Assembly (NCBI GenBank): GCA_947304585.1
Contig: CAMZBI010000008.1
Span: 2,649 to 66,648 of the forward strand
DNA: 64,000 nucleotides
Reading direction: 5' to 3'
Origin: an uncultured Clostridia bacterium
GTDB taxonomy: Bacteria; Bacillota; Clostridia; UBA1212
The notes below the pieces were generated by a model, which saw only the letters and a program-made list of their open reading frames with translations, was not told the DNA's origin and did no database searches. Positions 51,892 through 63,003 of the stretch are shown piece after piece. The position numbers were made by a program, and so were the translations under genes. Every line of letters starts with the position of its first letter. The stretch's first letter is position 1.

Positions 51892-53211
51892 CTAATTCTT
51901 CAGGCAGTTGACGGGAACAACGACAATGCCGTCGGGTGTTTTGTAACACGCCCCGTGGCTAGTGAGGACCATCTTAAATTTAGGGGTCTTCATTCCGTTC
52001 TCTTTCATTATTTTTTCAAATCTGTTGAGAGAAGCGACCCCTTCCATGATGTTTTTCTCGCTTGCAATTTTAATCTCTACCGCACAGTAATCGCCGTTTT
52101 CAAGTTCAACTATCGAATCCACTTCCTGCCCTGAACTGTCACGATAATGCTTCAATTCTCCTCCGATCGATTCCGCATATACTGACAGATCCCTGACGGC
52201 GAAATCCTCGAAGAAAAAGCCAAAGGATTTCATATCGTTCATCAGATCCGCAGGATTGATCCTGAGCGCCGCCGCTGCCATTGACGTATCGATAAAGTGG
52301 TGTGTTGGGGCAGTTCTGACAGATACGCTCGTTCTCAGGTTCATATTCCATGCGGGAATGTCGAATATGATAAACAGGTCTTTCAGAACTTTTTCATACG
52401 ACGAAAAAGTGTCGTCGTCCAGGGATATTCTTGCGCCGGAGTCGAGAATGTCTTTTATCATGCCTGTCCGCTTGGCCTGTGTGGATATGTTCCTGGCAAA
52501 GGTCCTCATAACTATCTGAAGCAGTTCAACGTTTTTATTTTTCAAAAATGCGGCGAATTCATCGCTTTCGTTCTCAACAACAAACAATCCGTCAAAATAG
52601 TTTCTGGTGACGTTGATTGCATATTCTTTTTTTGCCATGACGGATATTGGCCAGCCGCCGCGGCAGATTAGAAAGGCGATATCCGAAAGACCGGTCCTGT
52701 TATCGCTTGCATATACAGTCGGGAAAGGATCCGGGATGGACTCAAACAGATTTCCAAGCGAAACAACTCCTGATGACTCTCCGGATTCATACAAAGTGAA
52801 CGGTTTCAGCGTCATCCTTGTTATTCTTCCGGCGCCGGAGTGTTGTATCCTTTCCGGATTAGCGGGAGTTGTGCTTCCGGTAAGGATATATTTCCCGAAT
52901 TCATAATCCTCATCAAGATCGTTCTTTATTTCGTTCCAGATGTCAGGTGCTTTCTGCCACTCGTCAATGAGATGAGGTGTTTCCCCTGCCAATGCGGAAC
53001 GCGGATCTGCCTTGGCGAGTTCTATCGCATTTGAAGTTTTGAGCGGTGTCACCGATTTTGCAAACCGCTCACACATTGTGGATTTTCCGCAGAATTTAGG
53101 TCCGGATACAAGGACGCATCCCGAAGAATTCAATTTGACCTCGAGCATTTTTTCGGCAAGCCTGCTTGTATATTGTTTTGCCACTTTCCTCACTCCCTTC
53201 GTCAGGGTCAT
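51892..53211 (-). CDS. AAA-family ATPase (DUF4143-type ATP-binding protein)
   Basis: Walker A GPKFCGKSTM with a DUF4143-like C-terminal region. Start trimmed to ATG 53211 because codons upstream are encoded by the tandem repeats. Start is uncertain; no strong RBS. Confidence 0.55.
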   Translation of the reverse strand: MTLTKGVRKVAKQYTSRLAEKMLEVKLNSSGCVLVSGPKFCGKSTMCERFAKSVTPLKTSNAIELAKADPRSALAGETPHLIDEWQKAPDIWNEIKNDLDEDYEFGKYILTGSTTPANPERIQHSGAGRITRMTLKPFTLYESGESSGVVSLGNLFESIPDPFPTVYASDNRTGLSDIAFLICRGGWPISVMAKKEYAINVTRNYFDGLFVVENESDEFAAFLKNKNVELLQIVMRTFARNISTQAKRTGMIKDILDSGARISLDDDTFSSYEKVLKDLFIIFDIPAWNMNLRTSVSVRTAPTHHFIDTSMAAAALRINPADLMNDMKSFGFFFEDFAVRDLSVYAESIGGELKHYRDSSGQEVDSIVELENGDYCAVEIKIASEKNIMEGVASLNRFEKIMKENGMKTPKFKMVLTSHGACYKTPDGIVVVPVNCLKN

Positions 53212-53244
53212 TCTATACGATTTGTGCAGCCCTGTCAAGGCAGA

Positions 53245-53345
53245 TTCGGTGTTTTGAAAGGATTTCATTCGGTGTTTTGAAAGGATTTCATTCGGTGTTT
53301 TGAAAAAAATCGTTTCGGTACAGTCGGTGTTTTGAAAATCCATGT
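53245..53345. repeat. 23-bp direct repeats (iterons), about 4 copies: TCGGTGTTTTGAAAGGATTTCAT
   Basis: Plus strand ttcggtgttttgaaaggatttca x2, then ttcggtgttttgaaaaaaatcgt, ttcggtacag, tcggtgttttgaaaatccatg. Lies immediately 5' of the AAA ATPase. Confidence 0.8.
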
Positions 53346-53447
53346 TGCCCAGATTTAGGTAAAAACATCAACTTCTTTACAAAAAGCGGAGAAGATTATT
53401 ATCTCCTCTCCGCCCTGTGATTTTAAACCGTTGAAATATACCTTGCT

Positions 53448-55976
53448 TTATTCTTCAGTAAGCACGTATGTGCCGGCCTTCACCGTCTTCTCAAGACCCT
53501 TTGGCAATAAGATCCTTGCGGTGCAGCCTGCGGGCACTTTAACGGTGTACACCGTTTTCCCGTCTTTTCTCTCCCAGCCGCTCTCCGCAACGCCGAACAC
53601 GCTGTTGTAGCTTGCCCAAGCATATGTGAAACGTCCTCCCGGCCTTGGCGCTATCCTGAAGCTGTTTTCGCCCTCCACGTTGATGCCGCACATGCTTCCG
53701 AACACCCACTCGAGGACCGCGCCTTTCGAATAGTGGTTAAGGCTGCCTATGCCTCCCTGGGCCTTGTCTCCTTCCCAGCTCTCCCAGATGGTCGTAGCTC
53801 CGTTTTTGGGCATTGAGAGCCAGCCCGGTATCTCTTCGTTTTCAAGGAGCCTGTACGCGGCCTCGATGTCGATCTTCTCTAAAACGCCAAGGATAAGCGG
53901 TGTTGAAAGGAACCCCGTCCCCAGACGCCAATTATAGTTTTCCAGGGCCTTTATCAGCCTCTTCTCCGCAAACTCTTTCTGCTCTCCCCCCAGCAGGTCA
54001 AAGGCAAGGGGCCTCACCTGAAGGGCCTGTCTGTCGCTGTCAAGAGAATAATCCGGAAGCTTCACAAGTTCACGGTATGCCGATCTGCAGCCGTCGCTGT
54101 ACCCCTGATATCTCTTCTGATCTTCGGTATGTCCCAGGAGACCTGCGATTTCGGCCATCAGTCCCAGCACGTAGGCGGTGTATGCCGTAGACACTTCAGG
54201 ATGGGGGACGGCCATATCTTTCCAGTCCATGGCCTTCACGTCACTGGGTTCAGCCCACTCGCCGTAGCTTTGGCCCTTATTGACGATGAATTTTTTGGCG
54301 TCTTTGCTCGCGCCAATGGCAGGCGACTGGATGTCTCTCTTGCCGCAGCGGGAGATCATAAACTCCGCGTATTTTTTCATGGAACCGTAGCAGCGGCTGA
54401 GGATCCTGTCGTCGCAGTACTTCTTGGCAAACCTGTAAGGCAGGAGTATTCCGATGTCGGACCAGCCCACAGAGCCGTTCATGAAGCTCATGTAAAAATC
54501 GACGCCGCCGTAGGGTGCGATCTGGGGCAGCTTGCCGTTTTTCTTTTGCCAATCGTATACGTCCCTGAGGTATTTTTCGGAAAAAGCCGCATAGTCAAAC
54601 AGGTAACTGGCGGTGCCGAAGAAGATCTGGGCGTCGCCGGTCCAGCCGTGCCTTTCCCTCGTTGGGCAGTCGGTGGGGATGTCCAGTGAGTTGGACTTGG
54701 TGGACCATTTGGTAGCTTCAGCCAGTTTGTCCAGAAGCGGGTTTGAGCTCCTGAAGAAGCCTGTTTCCTCTATGTCGGAGTATACGGCAATTGACCTTAT
54801 GTTTTCCGGATCGAGTTCAACCTCCGTGTCCACTTCCGCATATCTGAAGCCGAAAACCGCAAAGGTGGTCTTGTAGTCGTTTCTGCCCTCGCCGCAGGTG
54901 TAGTCGATCTGCTGCTTTGGGGTCACCCTGTTTCTCTTCCCCAGCTGGATGTTTTGAAGGGTGAGATTGCCGTCACCGTCGAGAAGTTCTCCGAAGCGCC
55001 AAAGCATCCTCTGACCCGCCCGGGCGTATACGGTAAACGACACGTATCCCGCGATGTTCTGGCCGAAATCCAGAAGTTTTTTGCCGTTCGGAGCAGTTGT
55101 GATGACCGGTTTGAACTGTTCGTGTTCTTTCACCGGCACGTTGTTTGAGCAGACGGGGGTAACACTGCACTTTGTCTCTTTGGCGTGTCCGCCGTAAAGA
55201 GGAGTTCTGAAGGCCTCCACTATCTCACCGTCTTTGTTGTCGGCAAATCTGATCTTCGAGTCGTTGGACCACTCCCAGGTGCCGTCCGTAAGTATCTTTT
55301 TGCAGGTTCCATCACCGTAAAGGATCTCCAGCTGGGCGATGACCTTTGTCTCGGTGCCGTACTGGTTTTTGAGGCCCCAGGCCCCGCAGGAACCCCTGTA
55401 CCAGCCGTCGGCAAGGGTGATTTCCAGCTCATTGGCGCCTTCCGAGAGCATATCCGTGACGTCGTAGGTCTGGTACTGGATCCTTTTTCTGTAGTCCGTA
55501 TATCCGGGAGCCATCACGAAGTCGCCGACCCTTTTGCCGCCGAGCTTCGCCTCGTAGAGACCGCAAGCGGTGATATAGAGCCTTGCGGATCTGATGTCCG
55601 TTCCACCTTCAAACACCTTTCTGAAACAGTCTGCCGGGTAGCGAACTCTTCTGTTTACGGTGTAGTTGCCGGTGATCCACTTGGCCTCCCAGGAGGAGAT
55701 TCCGTACTCGAAAAACCCTTCGCTCCAATCGCCCTGGAGGTCGTTCTCGTCCCAGAGGCATATCTTCCAGTTCACCCGTTCCCGGTCTCCGGCCTTCACG
55801 GGATATTCAGCGTGCATCAATGAACTTTCGACTTTGCCGCTGTCCCATTTTTCCGTAACTATTCTGTAGGCAGTCTGGGTGATCCCGCCCTCGCAGTTCC
55901 ACATGAGCCTGGGCTTTTCAAAGTCCACGCCAATGGGATCCCTCAGGTATTCGGTCCTTAATCTTATAGCTTTCAT
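53448..55976 (-). CDS. alpha-L-rhamnosidase (GH78)
   Basis: 842 aa. N-terminal [21 protein letters not shown] is the GH78 signature, with an (alpha/alpha)6 catalytic domain pattern. Confidence 0.75.
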   Translation of the reverse strand: MKAIRLRTEYLRDPIGVDFEKPRLMWNCEGGITQTAYRIVTEKWDSGKVESSLMHAEYPVKAGDRERVNWKICLWDENDLQGDWSEGFFEYGISSWEAKWITGNYTVNRRVRYPADCFRKVFEGGTDIRSARLYITACGLYEAKLGGKRVGDFVMAPGYTDYRKRIQYQTYDVTDMLSEGANELEITLADGWYRGSCGAWGLKNQYGTETKVIAQLEILYGDGTCKKILTDGTWEWSNDSKIRFADNKDGEIVEAFRTPLYGGHAKETKCSVTPVCSNNVPVKEHEQFKPVITTAPNGKKLLDFGQNIAGYVSFTVYARAGQRMLWRFGELLDGDGNLTLQNIQLGKRNRVTPKQQIDYTCGEGRNDYKTTFAVFGFRYAEVDTEVELDPENIRSIAVYSDIEETGFFRSSNPLLDKLAEATKWSTKSNSLDIPTDCPTRERHGWTGDAQIFFGTASYLFDYAAFSEKYLRDVYDWQKKNGKLPQIAPYGGVDFYMSFMNGSVGWSDIGILLPYRFAKKYCDDRILSRCYGSMKKYAEFMISRCGKRDIQSPAIGASKDAKKFIVNKGQSYGEWAEPSDVKAMDWKDMAVPHPEVSTAYTAYVLGLMAEIAGLLGHTEDQKRYQGYSDGCRSAYRELVKLPDYSLDSDRQALQVRPLAFDLLGGEQKEFAEKRLIKALENYNWRLGTGFLSTPLILGVLEKIDIEAAYRLLENEEIPGWLSMPKNGATTIWESWEGDKAQGGIGSLNHYSKGAVLEWVFGSMCGINVEGENSFRIAPRPGGRFTYAWASYNSVFGVAESGWERKDGKTVYTVKVPAGCTARILLPKGLEKTVKAGTYVLTEE

Positions 55977-57604
55977 GACTGTTCTCCGTCTCCGTCGTCT
56001 GTGCCGGTATCTCCGTTCTCCGGTTCGCTGCTTTCTGTCGTTACGGCATCCGCTTCGCCTGCTCCGGCAGCTTCACCGTCGGTGTTTTCCGCAAGCCCGT
56101 GTCTTGCTTTTATCTCGGCCTGCTCTTTGGGCAGATTTTTCTCTACTTTCAGGAAGAAAAGAATGACGACGAGAGCGATTCCCGTGAAAACCTCAAGGCC
56201 AACGAATGCAAAAGTAATGACCCAGTTTACCGTTGCCGGCTGCTGCATTGCCACCGTGAGGACTCCGTCCGTAGCGGGCTTCAGCGATTCAAGGGCCACC
56301 TGGGAGGTCCAGCCGTTCTGTGCAAGAGTCGTGGCAGCCTCAGCGGTGGTATTGGCGGTTATCGGTGCAATGTACCCTGCCGAAGAGAGCATGAAGTTGA
56401 ACACGCCTGTCATGATGCCCACCATTGCCACGGCAATAATATTGTAGATAGACATCGCGGCCCCGTCGATCCTTATGTCCGTCTTCCACTCCAGGTGGTC
56501 AAGGCAGTCCGCAAACAGGGCCATGAAGACGTAAGCGCAGGGGAGACCGCCGATGTTCTTGATGAACTGGCCAATGAGCACCAGCACCAGGTTCTGAGGG
56601 AATATCCAGCAGATGAAGGAGCCGATGGCGTAGAGGACAAAGCCGAACATGGTCACGTTGCGCTTGCCGAATTTCTTGGCAAGGGGCCACACCGCAAAGA
56701 TGCCTATACCCATTGGAATGCCGCCTATCACTGAGACAAGCATCTGGGTTATTCCGTCGTTGTAGGTGCCCAGGACGTAGTTGCAGTAATAGACAAGGCC
56801 AAGATTTTTGAGAGTCGTTCCCACCGTGTAGATGAAGAAGTAGACGTACATCAGTATCATGTATTTGTCGCTGAAGAGAAGCTTGATCTGCTTAAAGAAT
56901 GGCAGTTTGGTCTCCTCGCCTGCGGCAGCGGACTCCTCGGTCACACGCTCCTTGGTGAAGAAGTATTCGAGAAGGGTCAGCGGAAGGGCCAATATCGAAA
57001 GGATGCACATGAGGGTGATCCATTTTGACTTGTCGGCACCGATCATCGGCATGACCACCATGGGGAATACCAGGGCAACAAGAATGCCTGACATCATGAT
57101 AGTGGTGATCTGGTTGAACACGGAAAGACCGCCTCTTGCCTTGCCGTCCCTTGTGGACAGGGGCACCATCAGGTTGTGGCTCATGTTGAAGATGGTGTAG
57201 GCAAAGGAGTAGAAAAGGTTGTAGGAGATCATGACCCAGATCGCCTTCACAAAGTCACTGCCGTTCGGCACCGTGAAGAGCAGTATACCGGTTATCGGAA
57301 CGAGAAAGGCGGACAGGAACAACCAGGGTCTTGCCTTGCCCTCTTTGTGTTTGGTGCGGTCGATCACCTGTCCCATGATGACGTTGGTCACTGCGTCAAT
57401 GATCTTGGAAACGATCGGGAATATGGTGAGGAACAGGCCGCCCCAGAGGGGTGTCAGGTTCAGAACGTCGGTATAGTAGACGTTGAGGTAGGTCGCCAGT
57501 ACTGCGTTTAAGAGCAGTGCGCCGGCAGGCCCCAGCAGATAGCCAAGCCATTTTTCTTTTGCCTTGACTTCCGGGGTTTTGATCGCGCTTGACGGAAGCT
57601 TCAT
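55973..57604 (-). CDS. MFS glycoside-pentoside-hexuronide (GPH):cation symporter with acidic C-terminal tail
   Basis: 12-TM MFS/GPH pattern. C-terminus rich in D/E/G ([13 protein letters not shown]). Confidence 0.7.
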   Translation of the reverse strand: MKLPSSAIKTPEVKAKEKWLGYLLGPAGALLLNAVLATYLNVYYTDVLNLTPLWGGLFLTIFPIVSKIIDAVTNVIMGQVIDRTKHKEGKARPWLFLSAFLVPITGILLFTVPNGSDFVKAIWVMISYNLFYSFAYTIFNMSHNLMVPLSTRDGKARGGLSVFNQITTIMMSGILVALVFPMVVMPMIGADKSKWITLMCILSILALPLTLLEYFFTKERVTEESAAAGEETKLPFFKQIKLLFSDKYMILMYVYFFIYTVGTTLKNLGLVYYCNYVLGTYNDGITQMLVSVIGGIPMGIGIFAVWPLAKKFGKRNVTMFGFVLYAIGSFICWIFPQNLVLVLIGQFIKNIGGLPCAYVFMALFADCLDHLEWKTDIRIDGAAMSIYNIIAVAMVGIMTGVFNFMLSSAGYIAPITANTTAEAATTLAQNGWTSQVALESLKPATDGVLTVAMQQPATVNWVITFAFVGLEVFTGIALVVILFFLKVEKNLPKEQAEIKARHGLAENTDGEAAGAGEADAVTTESSEPENGDTGTDDGDGEQS

Positions 57605-57605
57605 T

Positions 57606-59738
57606 TCAGATCTCCTCCTTGGGTAGTTTGGGTACTTTGATTTTTGATGTGAAACAACGGATGCCTTTTATGAGGTGTCCGTTGGCAAGTTCTTTAAAGC
57701 CGCAGGCGAAATTGTAGGGGAAGCTCCTGCCGGCGCTCATGGACATGGAGCGGAGGGAATTGCTCTCCAGTATTCTGCGGAGGAAGGCGGCGCCTTTCTG
57801 TTTGTTGGTCTTTTCGGGGCCTTCCGGCATCCTGCGGGCCTCTTTTTCCTGCTTGTCCGCCACCGAAAGCACCGCTTTGAAAAGGATTCGGCCCATGAAG
57901 GTCTGCTTCAGGTCGGTGAACCGGGATTCCAACGTCAACGGATACTTTTCCGGCTCCTCCGGGACCTCATACCGGTCCGAATAAGTCTTTGTGTCTTCTT
58001 TTTCCGGGGTTATCACCACTTCTGCGGACTCTCCCGGGTTTAAATAGACTTTTTTGAAGCCTTTCAGTTCACCGCCAACGTAAAGCTCCGCAACTTCCCC
58101 GCCGTAACGGCTGCCCGTATTGGTCACCTTTGTTTTATAACTGTCGCCCTCTTTGGCCCATACACTTTGTTCAAAGGTGGTGTAGCTGAGGCCGAATCCG
58201 AAGGGGAAGCGTACGGGAACATTGTGTTTATCATAGTATCTGTAGCCCACATCCCGGCCTTCGGAGTAGATCTCGTTGACGTTTTTTCCGAAGGTTCCGC
58301 AGGAGGGCACGTCCTCATAGCTCATTGGCCAGGTCTCCGCCAGTTTGCCCGAGGGGTTCTTAAGGCCGAACAGAAGCTCGTATACCGCCCTGCCCCCGTT
58401 CTGTCCCGGCAGGTACATGTTGAGGATGGCGCTGACCTTGTCGCAGAAAGGCAGCTCCACGGGAGATCCGCCGAAAAGGACCACAACGATCTTTTTTCCG
58501 GTCTTTAGGATCTCCTCGATCTCGGACAGCTGGTCTTCGGGAAAGCGCATATTGTCCCGGTCCCCTCCCTCGGATTCGTATTCGTCGGTAAGTCCGCCGA
58601 AATAAAGGACCACGTCGCACTCAGCGATGTCCACGGTCTTCACGTTCCGGGACCTGAACTCCGATTCCGGGCTGTTTTCAAACATTGGATTGATCATGGA
58701 GCTTCCCGCACCCTGGTAGCGCATATTGGCAAAGAGAGGACCTGCGACGGCAATCTTTTCGTTCCCGGAAATGGGCAGCACACCGTCGTTTGTCATGAGC
58801 ACTGCGGAATCCGCGGCGATCTCGGCTGCAAGCTCATTGTGGGCTTCCCAGTCAACTTCGGAAGTTCTCTCCGCTCTGCAGTATCTGTCGATCCACCTGA
58901 GGATGTTCCGGCAGGCGTTGTCAAGGGCCTCCTGCGAAAGGCTTCCGTCTTTGAGGCCGTCAAGTATCCATTTGCGGCAGATATCCGTATCCCCGGGCAT
59001 CTCAAGATCCATCCCCGCTTCAAGGCTCGGCACTCTGTTCTTCACCGCGCCCCAGTCGCTCATCACCACGCCTTCAAAGCCCCACTCATTTCTGAGCACG
59101 TCCGTAAGAAGCCACCTGTTTTCTGAGCAGCATTTTCCGTTGATTTGGTTATATGCGCACATCACCGTTGCGGGCTTTGTGTGTTTGACGATATACTCAA
59201 AAGGCTTGAGATAGAGGTTCCTCATCGTGTCCTCGGAGGCCACGGAATTCCCCATAAAACGGTAATTTTCACTGTTGTTTAGGGCAAAATGCTTCAGAGA
59301 CACGCCAACGCCCTTCGACTGAACGCCCTCAACCATTGCGGCGCCCATGATCCCCGAAAGCAGCGGATCCTCTGAAAAATATTCAAAGTTGCGGCCGCAG
59401 AGAGGGTTCCTCTTTATATTTACGCCGGGTCCCAGGAGTGTGTGAACTCCGTAGTACAGACACTCTTCGGCAATGGCCTCCCCCATTTTTCTCAGGTTTT
59501 CTGGATTCCATGAGGATGCGGTGGCAGCTGCTGTCGGAAAGGCGGTGGCTTTTTCAGACTGGCTGACGCCGTTGTCCCCTGACCCGGTCTGCTTTCTGAG
59601 ACCGTGAGGGCCGTCCGACATGCAAAGAGAAGGAATCCCAAGCCTTGGAATGGGATTGGTGTACATAAAATCCGTGCCCGATACAAGGGCCGCCTTTTCC
59701 TCCGCAGTCATCTGCAAAACGATCTTCTCAATGTCCAT
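57606..59738 (-). CDS. GH3 beta-glucosidase-like glycoside hydrolase
   Basis: GH3 N-terminal domain (..[15 protein letters not shown].., catalytic Asp in MSDWGAV) plus a C-terminal fibronectin-like domain. 710 aa. Confidence 0.8.
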   Translation of the reverse strand: MDIEKIVLQMTAEEKAALVSGTDFMYTNPIPRLGIPSLCMSDGPHGLRKQTGSGDNGVSQSEKATAFPTAAATASSWNPENLRKMGEAIAEECLYYGVHTLLGPGVNIKRNPLCGRNFEYFSEDPLLSGIMGAAMVEGVQSKGVGVSLKHFALNNSENYRFMGNSVASEDTMRNLYLKPFEYIVKHTKPATVMCAYNQINGKCCSENRWLLTDVLRNEWGFEGVVMSDWGAVKNRVPSLEAGMDLEMPGDTDICRKWILDGLKDGSLSQEALDNACRNILRWIDRYCRAERTSEVDWEAHNELAAEIAADSAVLMTNDGVLPISGNEKIAVAGPLFANMRYQGAGSSMINPMFENSPESEFRSRNVKTVDIAECDVVLYFGGLTDEYESEGGDRDNMRFPEDQLSEIEEILKTGKKIVVVLFGGSPVELPFCDKVSAILNMYLPGQNGGRAVYELLFGLKNPSGKLAETWPMSYEDVPSCGTFGKNVNEIYSEGRDVGYRYYDKHNVPVRFPFGFGLSYTTFEQSVWAKEGDSYKTKVTNTGSRYGGEVAELYVGGELKGFKKVYLNPGESAEVVITPEKEDTKTYSDRYEVPEEPEKYPLTLESRFTDLKQTFMGRILFKAVLSVADKQEKEARRMPEGPEKTNKQKGAAFLRRILESNSLRSMSMSAGRSFPYNFACGFKELANGHLIKGIRCFTSKIKVPKLPKEEI

Positions 59739-59846
59739 GGAAATACCCCCATGATGATTTCTGACTGTATTATATCAAACCGTCCGTGCTGTTTATTGCA
59801 TTATTGTTATTTATTTGATACAATCGTAACCAATAAGGAGCTTTTT

Positions 59847-61046
59847 ATGAAAAAAGAAGATCTCAATTACATATGCACTTCAATCGCCAATCTCACCGGC
59901 ATCCCAGTCAGGATTTATCTTGACGGCGAGCTGCTTTGCTATCACTCCATCGTGGACCTCCCGGGAGATCCCGCCGGGGCATATCTTGACAATATCTTTG
60001 CGATTCCCGACCGCATCGGTTATTTTGCGGCGGACTGTTTCCAGTACTACGGAGTGGTAAACGACGGCGGTGTGAGGATCGTGACGGGGCCTGTTTCCGA
60101 GTCGGTGCCCGGCGATCAGGAACTCCGGGAGCTTGCCTTCAAGGCAGACATCCCCGCTGACTTCGTACGGGATTTTACCTCGGGCATGAAAGCTATCAGA
60201 AGAATGCCTCTTGAAAATCTCCTGCAGCTGCTCTGCGCGCTGAATTTTATCCTTACGGGTGAAAGAAAAAGTCTCCGGGACGTTGCGATATACGACAGGG
60301 AACAGGAAGCCCTCTCGGCCCGGGATCTTAAGACAAGCGCGGAAAAAAGATTTCAATCCGTCGAAGCACCGGCACCGGAGGTCCACAACACCTACGATCT
60401 TGAACAGCTCCTGATGAATCTGATAAGAAAAGGCGACACGGCAACTCTCCGGGAATGGCTGTCCTCGGCTCCTGCCGTTGGCGGCGGCACCCTCTCCCCC
60501 AACGGTCTTCGCCAACGCAAAAACATCTTCATAGTGACTGCAACGCTTGCCTCCCGGGCGGCCATACGGGGCGGAATGCTTCAGGGTGAGGCCTTCACAA
60601 TGAGCGACGCCTACATACAGAAGTGCGAGCTCCTTGAAAGCCCGGAGCGCATCACGAATCTTCAGTACCACATGATACTGGACTTCACAGAACACGTGGA
60701 AAATCTTCACCGGGGTGGCAATGCCACAAGGCTTGTGATCGACGTTGCCAATTACGTCCGGCAGCACCTCTCGGAGCCCGTCACCGCGGAGGCCATCGCA
60801 GCGGAACTCTTCATCAGCCGCCCCTATCTGTCTAAAAAATTCAGGGAGGAGTCGGGCCGGACCCTGACCGACTTTGTCCTCTCCGAAAAGACCGAGGAGG
60901 CAAAGAGGCTGCTTCGCTACACCGACAAATCGCTTTTGTCCGTCTCGGAATATCTCGGCTTTTCATCTCAGAGCCATTTTATCCGGGTCTTCAAGAAATA
61001 TGCGGGAACAAGTCCCCGCGAGTACAGGGAAAACCACAGGGAATGA
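59847..61046 (+). CDS. AraC-family transcriptional regulator
   Basis: Start ATG 59847 (RBS AAGGAG). C-terminal AraC HTH (..LGFSSQSHFIRVFKKYAGTSPREYR). Confidence 0.75.
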   Translation: MKKEDLNYICTSIANLTGIPVRIYLDGELLCYHSIVDLPGDPAGAYLDNIFAIPDRIGYFAADCFQYYGVVNDGGVRIVTGPVSESVPGDQELRELAFKADIPADFVRDFTSGMKAIRRMPLENLLQLLCALNFILTGERKSLRDVAIYDREQEALSARDLKTSAEKRFQSVEAPAPEVHNTYDLEQLLMNLIRKGDTATLREWLSSAPAVGGGTLSPNGLRQRKNIFIVTATLASRAAIRGGMLQGEAFTMSDAYIQKCELLESPERITNLQYHMILDFTEHVENLHRGGNATRLVIDVANYVRQHLSEPVTAEAIAAELFISRPYLSKKFREESGRTLTDFVLSEKTEEAKRLLRYTDKSLLSVSEYLGFSSQSHFIRVFKKYAGTSPREYRENHRE

Positions 61047-61055
61047 GGTGTTTTT

Positions 61056-61631
61056 ATGAAAGAAACAGAAGTTACGGTTCAGGTTTTTAACGATTTTGAG
61101 GAGACCTGCGCAATACTTGCGGCCAGGGACTTTGAACTTGCGGACCGTTTCGTGATCAAAGACCGCTATTATTCGGGACTTGCCAATGCCAAAGATCTGC
61201 CCTACGGGGAGCTCATCAAAAACTCTTTTCTGGTCAGGGAGATCATCTGCGAGAAGGAGACGTCGGCGTTTTTGATCTACAAGCAAAAAGATATTGACGA
61301 AAAAGGGGTCGTAATTGCGGAGGAGAAGGTGAAGGTCTCCATTGGCGATCCTGAAAAGGCTGACCGGATCTTCGGTCTTTCCGGAATTGATAGTTATTGT
61401 GAAATCGAAAACAGCACCTGTGTTTTCAAAAAAGGAAGCATTTGTCTTGCCCTTCAGGACGTCAGAGATCTCGGTCTTTTTATCGAATACGAGGAGGACG
61501 AAACAATGAAAGCCCTGGATCCCGTAAGGAAAACAGAGCTTTTGAAAGAAGTTCTCACAGGGCTCGGTCTGAAGCTGGGCAGCGATTTCTCCTGTAAGAA
61601 GGTGTATATGAAGCTTCACCCTGAGGCCTAA
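61056..61631 (+). CDS. CYTH-like domain protein (putative)
   Basis: 191 aa, acidic beta-rich; N-terminal ETEVTVQV resembles the CYTH ExExK region. Assignment is weak. Confidence 0.3.
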   Translation: MKETEVTVQVFNDFEETCAILAARDFELADRFVIKDRYYSGLANAKDLPYGELIKNSFLVREIICEKETSAFLIYKQKDIDEKGVVIAEEKVKVSIGDPEKADRIFGLSGIDSYCEIENSTCVFKKGSICLALQDVRDLGLFIEYEEDETMKALDPVRKTELLKEVLTGLGLKLGSDFSCKKVYMKLHPEA

Positions 61632-61718
61632 TCGTTTCGTTTTGTCAAAGCCCGGGAACGGTTCCGGGACCTCTCAAATCTAAACAGGCCTTTCTTATAA
61701 AGGGAGGTCTGTTATTTT

Positions 61719-62408
61719 TTATCTGCCCCCCGGGCAGTGCTCACGGATAAATGCCAGAACGAATTCCAGGTCCTCCTTTTCGCAGTAGACCTGGTTGTGC
61801 TCAAGGGTCTCGTTCAGTTTTATCAGGTTCCTGCGGGGGTAAACTTTGATTTTTTTTACCTTGGCAAATTCGGTATACATGGAAGTTCTTGATGCCGCAG
61901 CTCCTGCGGAGACCGCTCCGAAGCCGCCCCCTGCGACTCCTGCCGCCGTTGCTCCCATCGATATTCCTTCCGCCCGCTTTGCCTGCCAGGGGATCTGGGT
62001 GTGGTTTATTCCCCGTTCGTCCATCTCAAACTCGACAATATATTTTCCCCGCATTATAGCGGCATATATAAGATAGCCCGCGCCTGTGAGCACAAGAACC
62101 GCAGCCGTTGCGATCCCGAAAGCCGCCAGCGTCTCGAGTGCACCCTTCGGAAAGAAATCCGGCTTGCCGACATTGAACAGGAACATGACCGCAAAACCCG
62201 CAAGTACTATGAAAAACAGTATCTTAAACACCAGCAGGAACACCGTAGGATTTTTGAAAAGCGACATGCTGAATACCCAGCGGTACTTGCCGTCGGGGCC
62301 AAGGGTAATGTTCTCGGTGATCTTTCTCTCCCCTGTCTCTCCGGTTTCTTTTTCTATAATTTTGTCGGAACTCTTCTGGCTGTCCATGTCTGTCCTCCTG
62401 TCCTTCAC
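61719..62408 (-). CDS. hypothetical membrane protein
   Basis: Two or three predicted TM helices. No recognisable family. Confidence 0.5.
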   Translation of the reverse strand: MKDRRTDMDSQKSSDKIIEKETGETGERKITENITLGPDGKYRWVFSMSLFKNPTVFLLVFKILFFIVLAGFAVMFLFNVGKPDFFPKGALETLAAFGIATAAVLVLTGAGYLIYAAIMRGKYIVEFEMDERGINHTQIPWQAKRAEGISMGATAAGVAGGGFGAVSAGAAASRTSMYTEFAKVKKIKVYPRRNLIKLNETLEHNQVYCEKEDLEFVLAFIREHCPGGR

Positions 62409-62416
62409 ATTTACGA

Positions 62417-62974
62417 TTAAAGCATCTCCACTGAGCCGTCTTCAATGCGATAGACCGCCCCTTTGACCATAACGCCACATTCTTTTTCCATAAGCTCACC
62501 GAGCATGCTTTTGACCGTGCCGATCCCTGCCTCAACGTTAAGCCTGCAGGCGGCAAGCGGATCCGTTTCCGTGCCGACAACGTTCTGAATGCGTTTTAGT
62601 ATGTGGTTCGTAAACCCGCCGCCGTGACCCGAAAGAGCTGCGCCGACGGCTCCGCAGGACGTGTGTCCCATGATCAGCACCAGCTTCACGCCAAGGTGCT
62701 CCACCGCATATTCGATGCTTCCGAGAGCGCTGAGCCCGATCACGTTCCCCGCAGATCTGATCACAAAAAGTTCCCCTATTCCTGCGGAAAAAATGCTTTC
62801 AGGGATGACCCTTGAATCAGAACAGGTCACTATGACCGCATAGGGGGTCTGACCTTCTGTTGCAGTCTTCAGTCTTATTTCTTTTGAAACGTCGCCGCTG
62901 TTTGTTCCGGCGTCCAGATATTTTTTATTGCCAAGGCACAGCCTTTCCATTGCCTTGTCCGCAGAAACCGTCAT
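62417..62974 (-). CDS. beta-class carbonic anhydrase
   Basis: Motifs CSDSR and HTSCGA (zinc ligands Cys-Asp-Arg / His-x-x-Cys). 185 aa. Confidence 0.8.
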   Translation of the reverse strand: MTVSADKAMERLCLGNKKYLDAGTNSGDVSKEIRLKTATEGQTPYAVIVTCSDSRVIPESIFSAGIGELFVIRSAGNVIGLSALGSIEYAVEHLGVKLVLIMGHTSCGAVGAALSGHGGGFTNHILKRIQNVVGTETDPLAACRLNVEAGIGTVKSMLGELMEKECGVMVKGAVYRIEDGSVEML

Positions 62975-63003
62975 ATTGCCTCCTGTTTTTGTAATAAAAG
63001 ACG

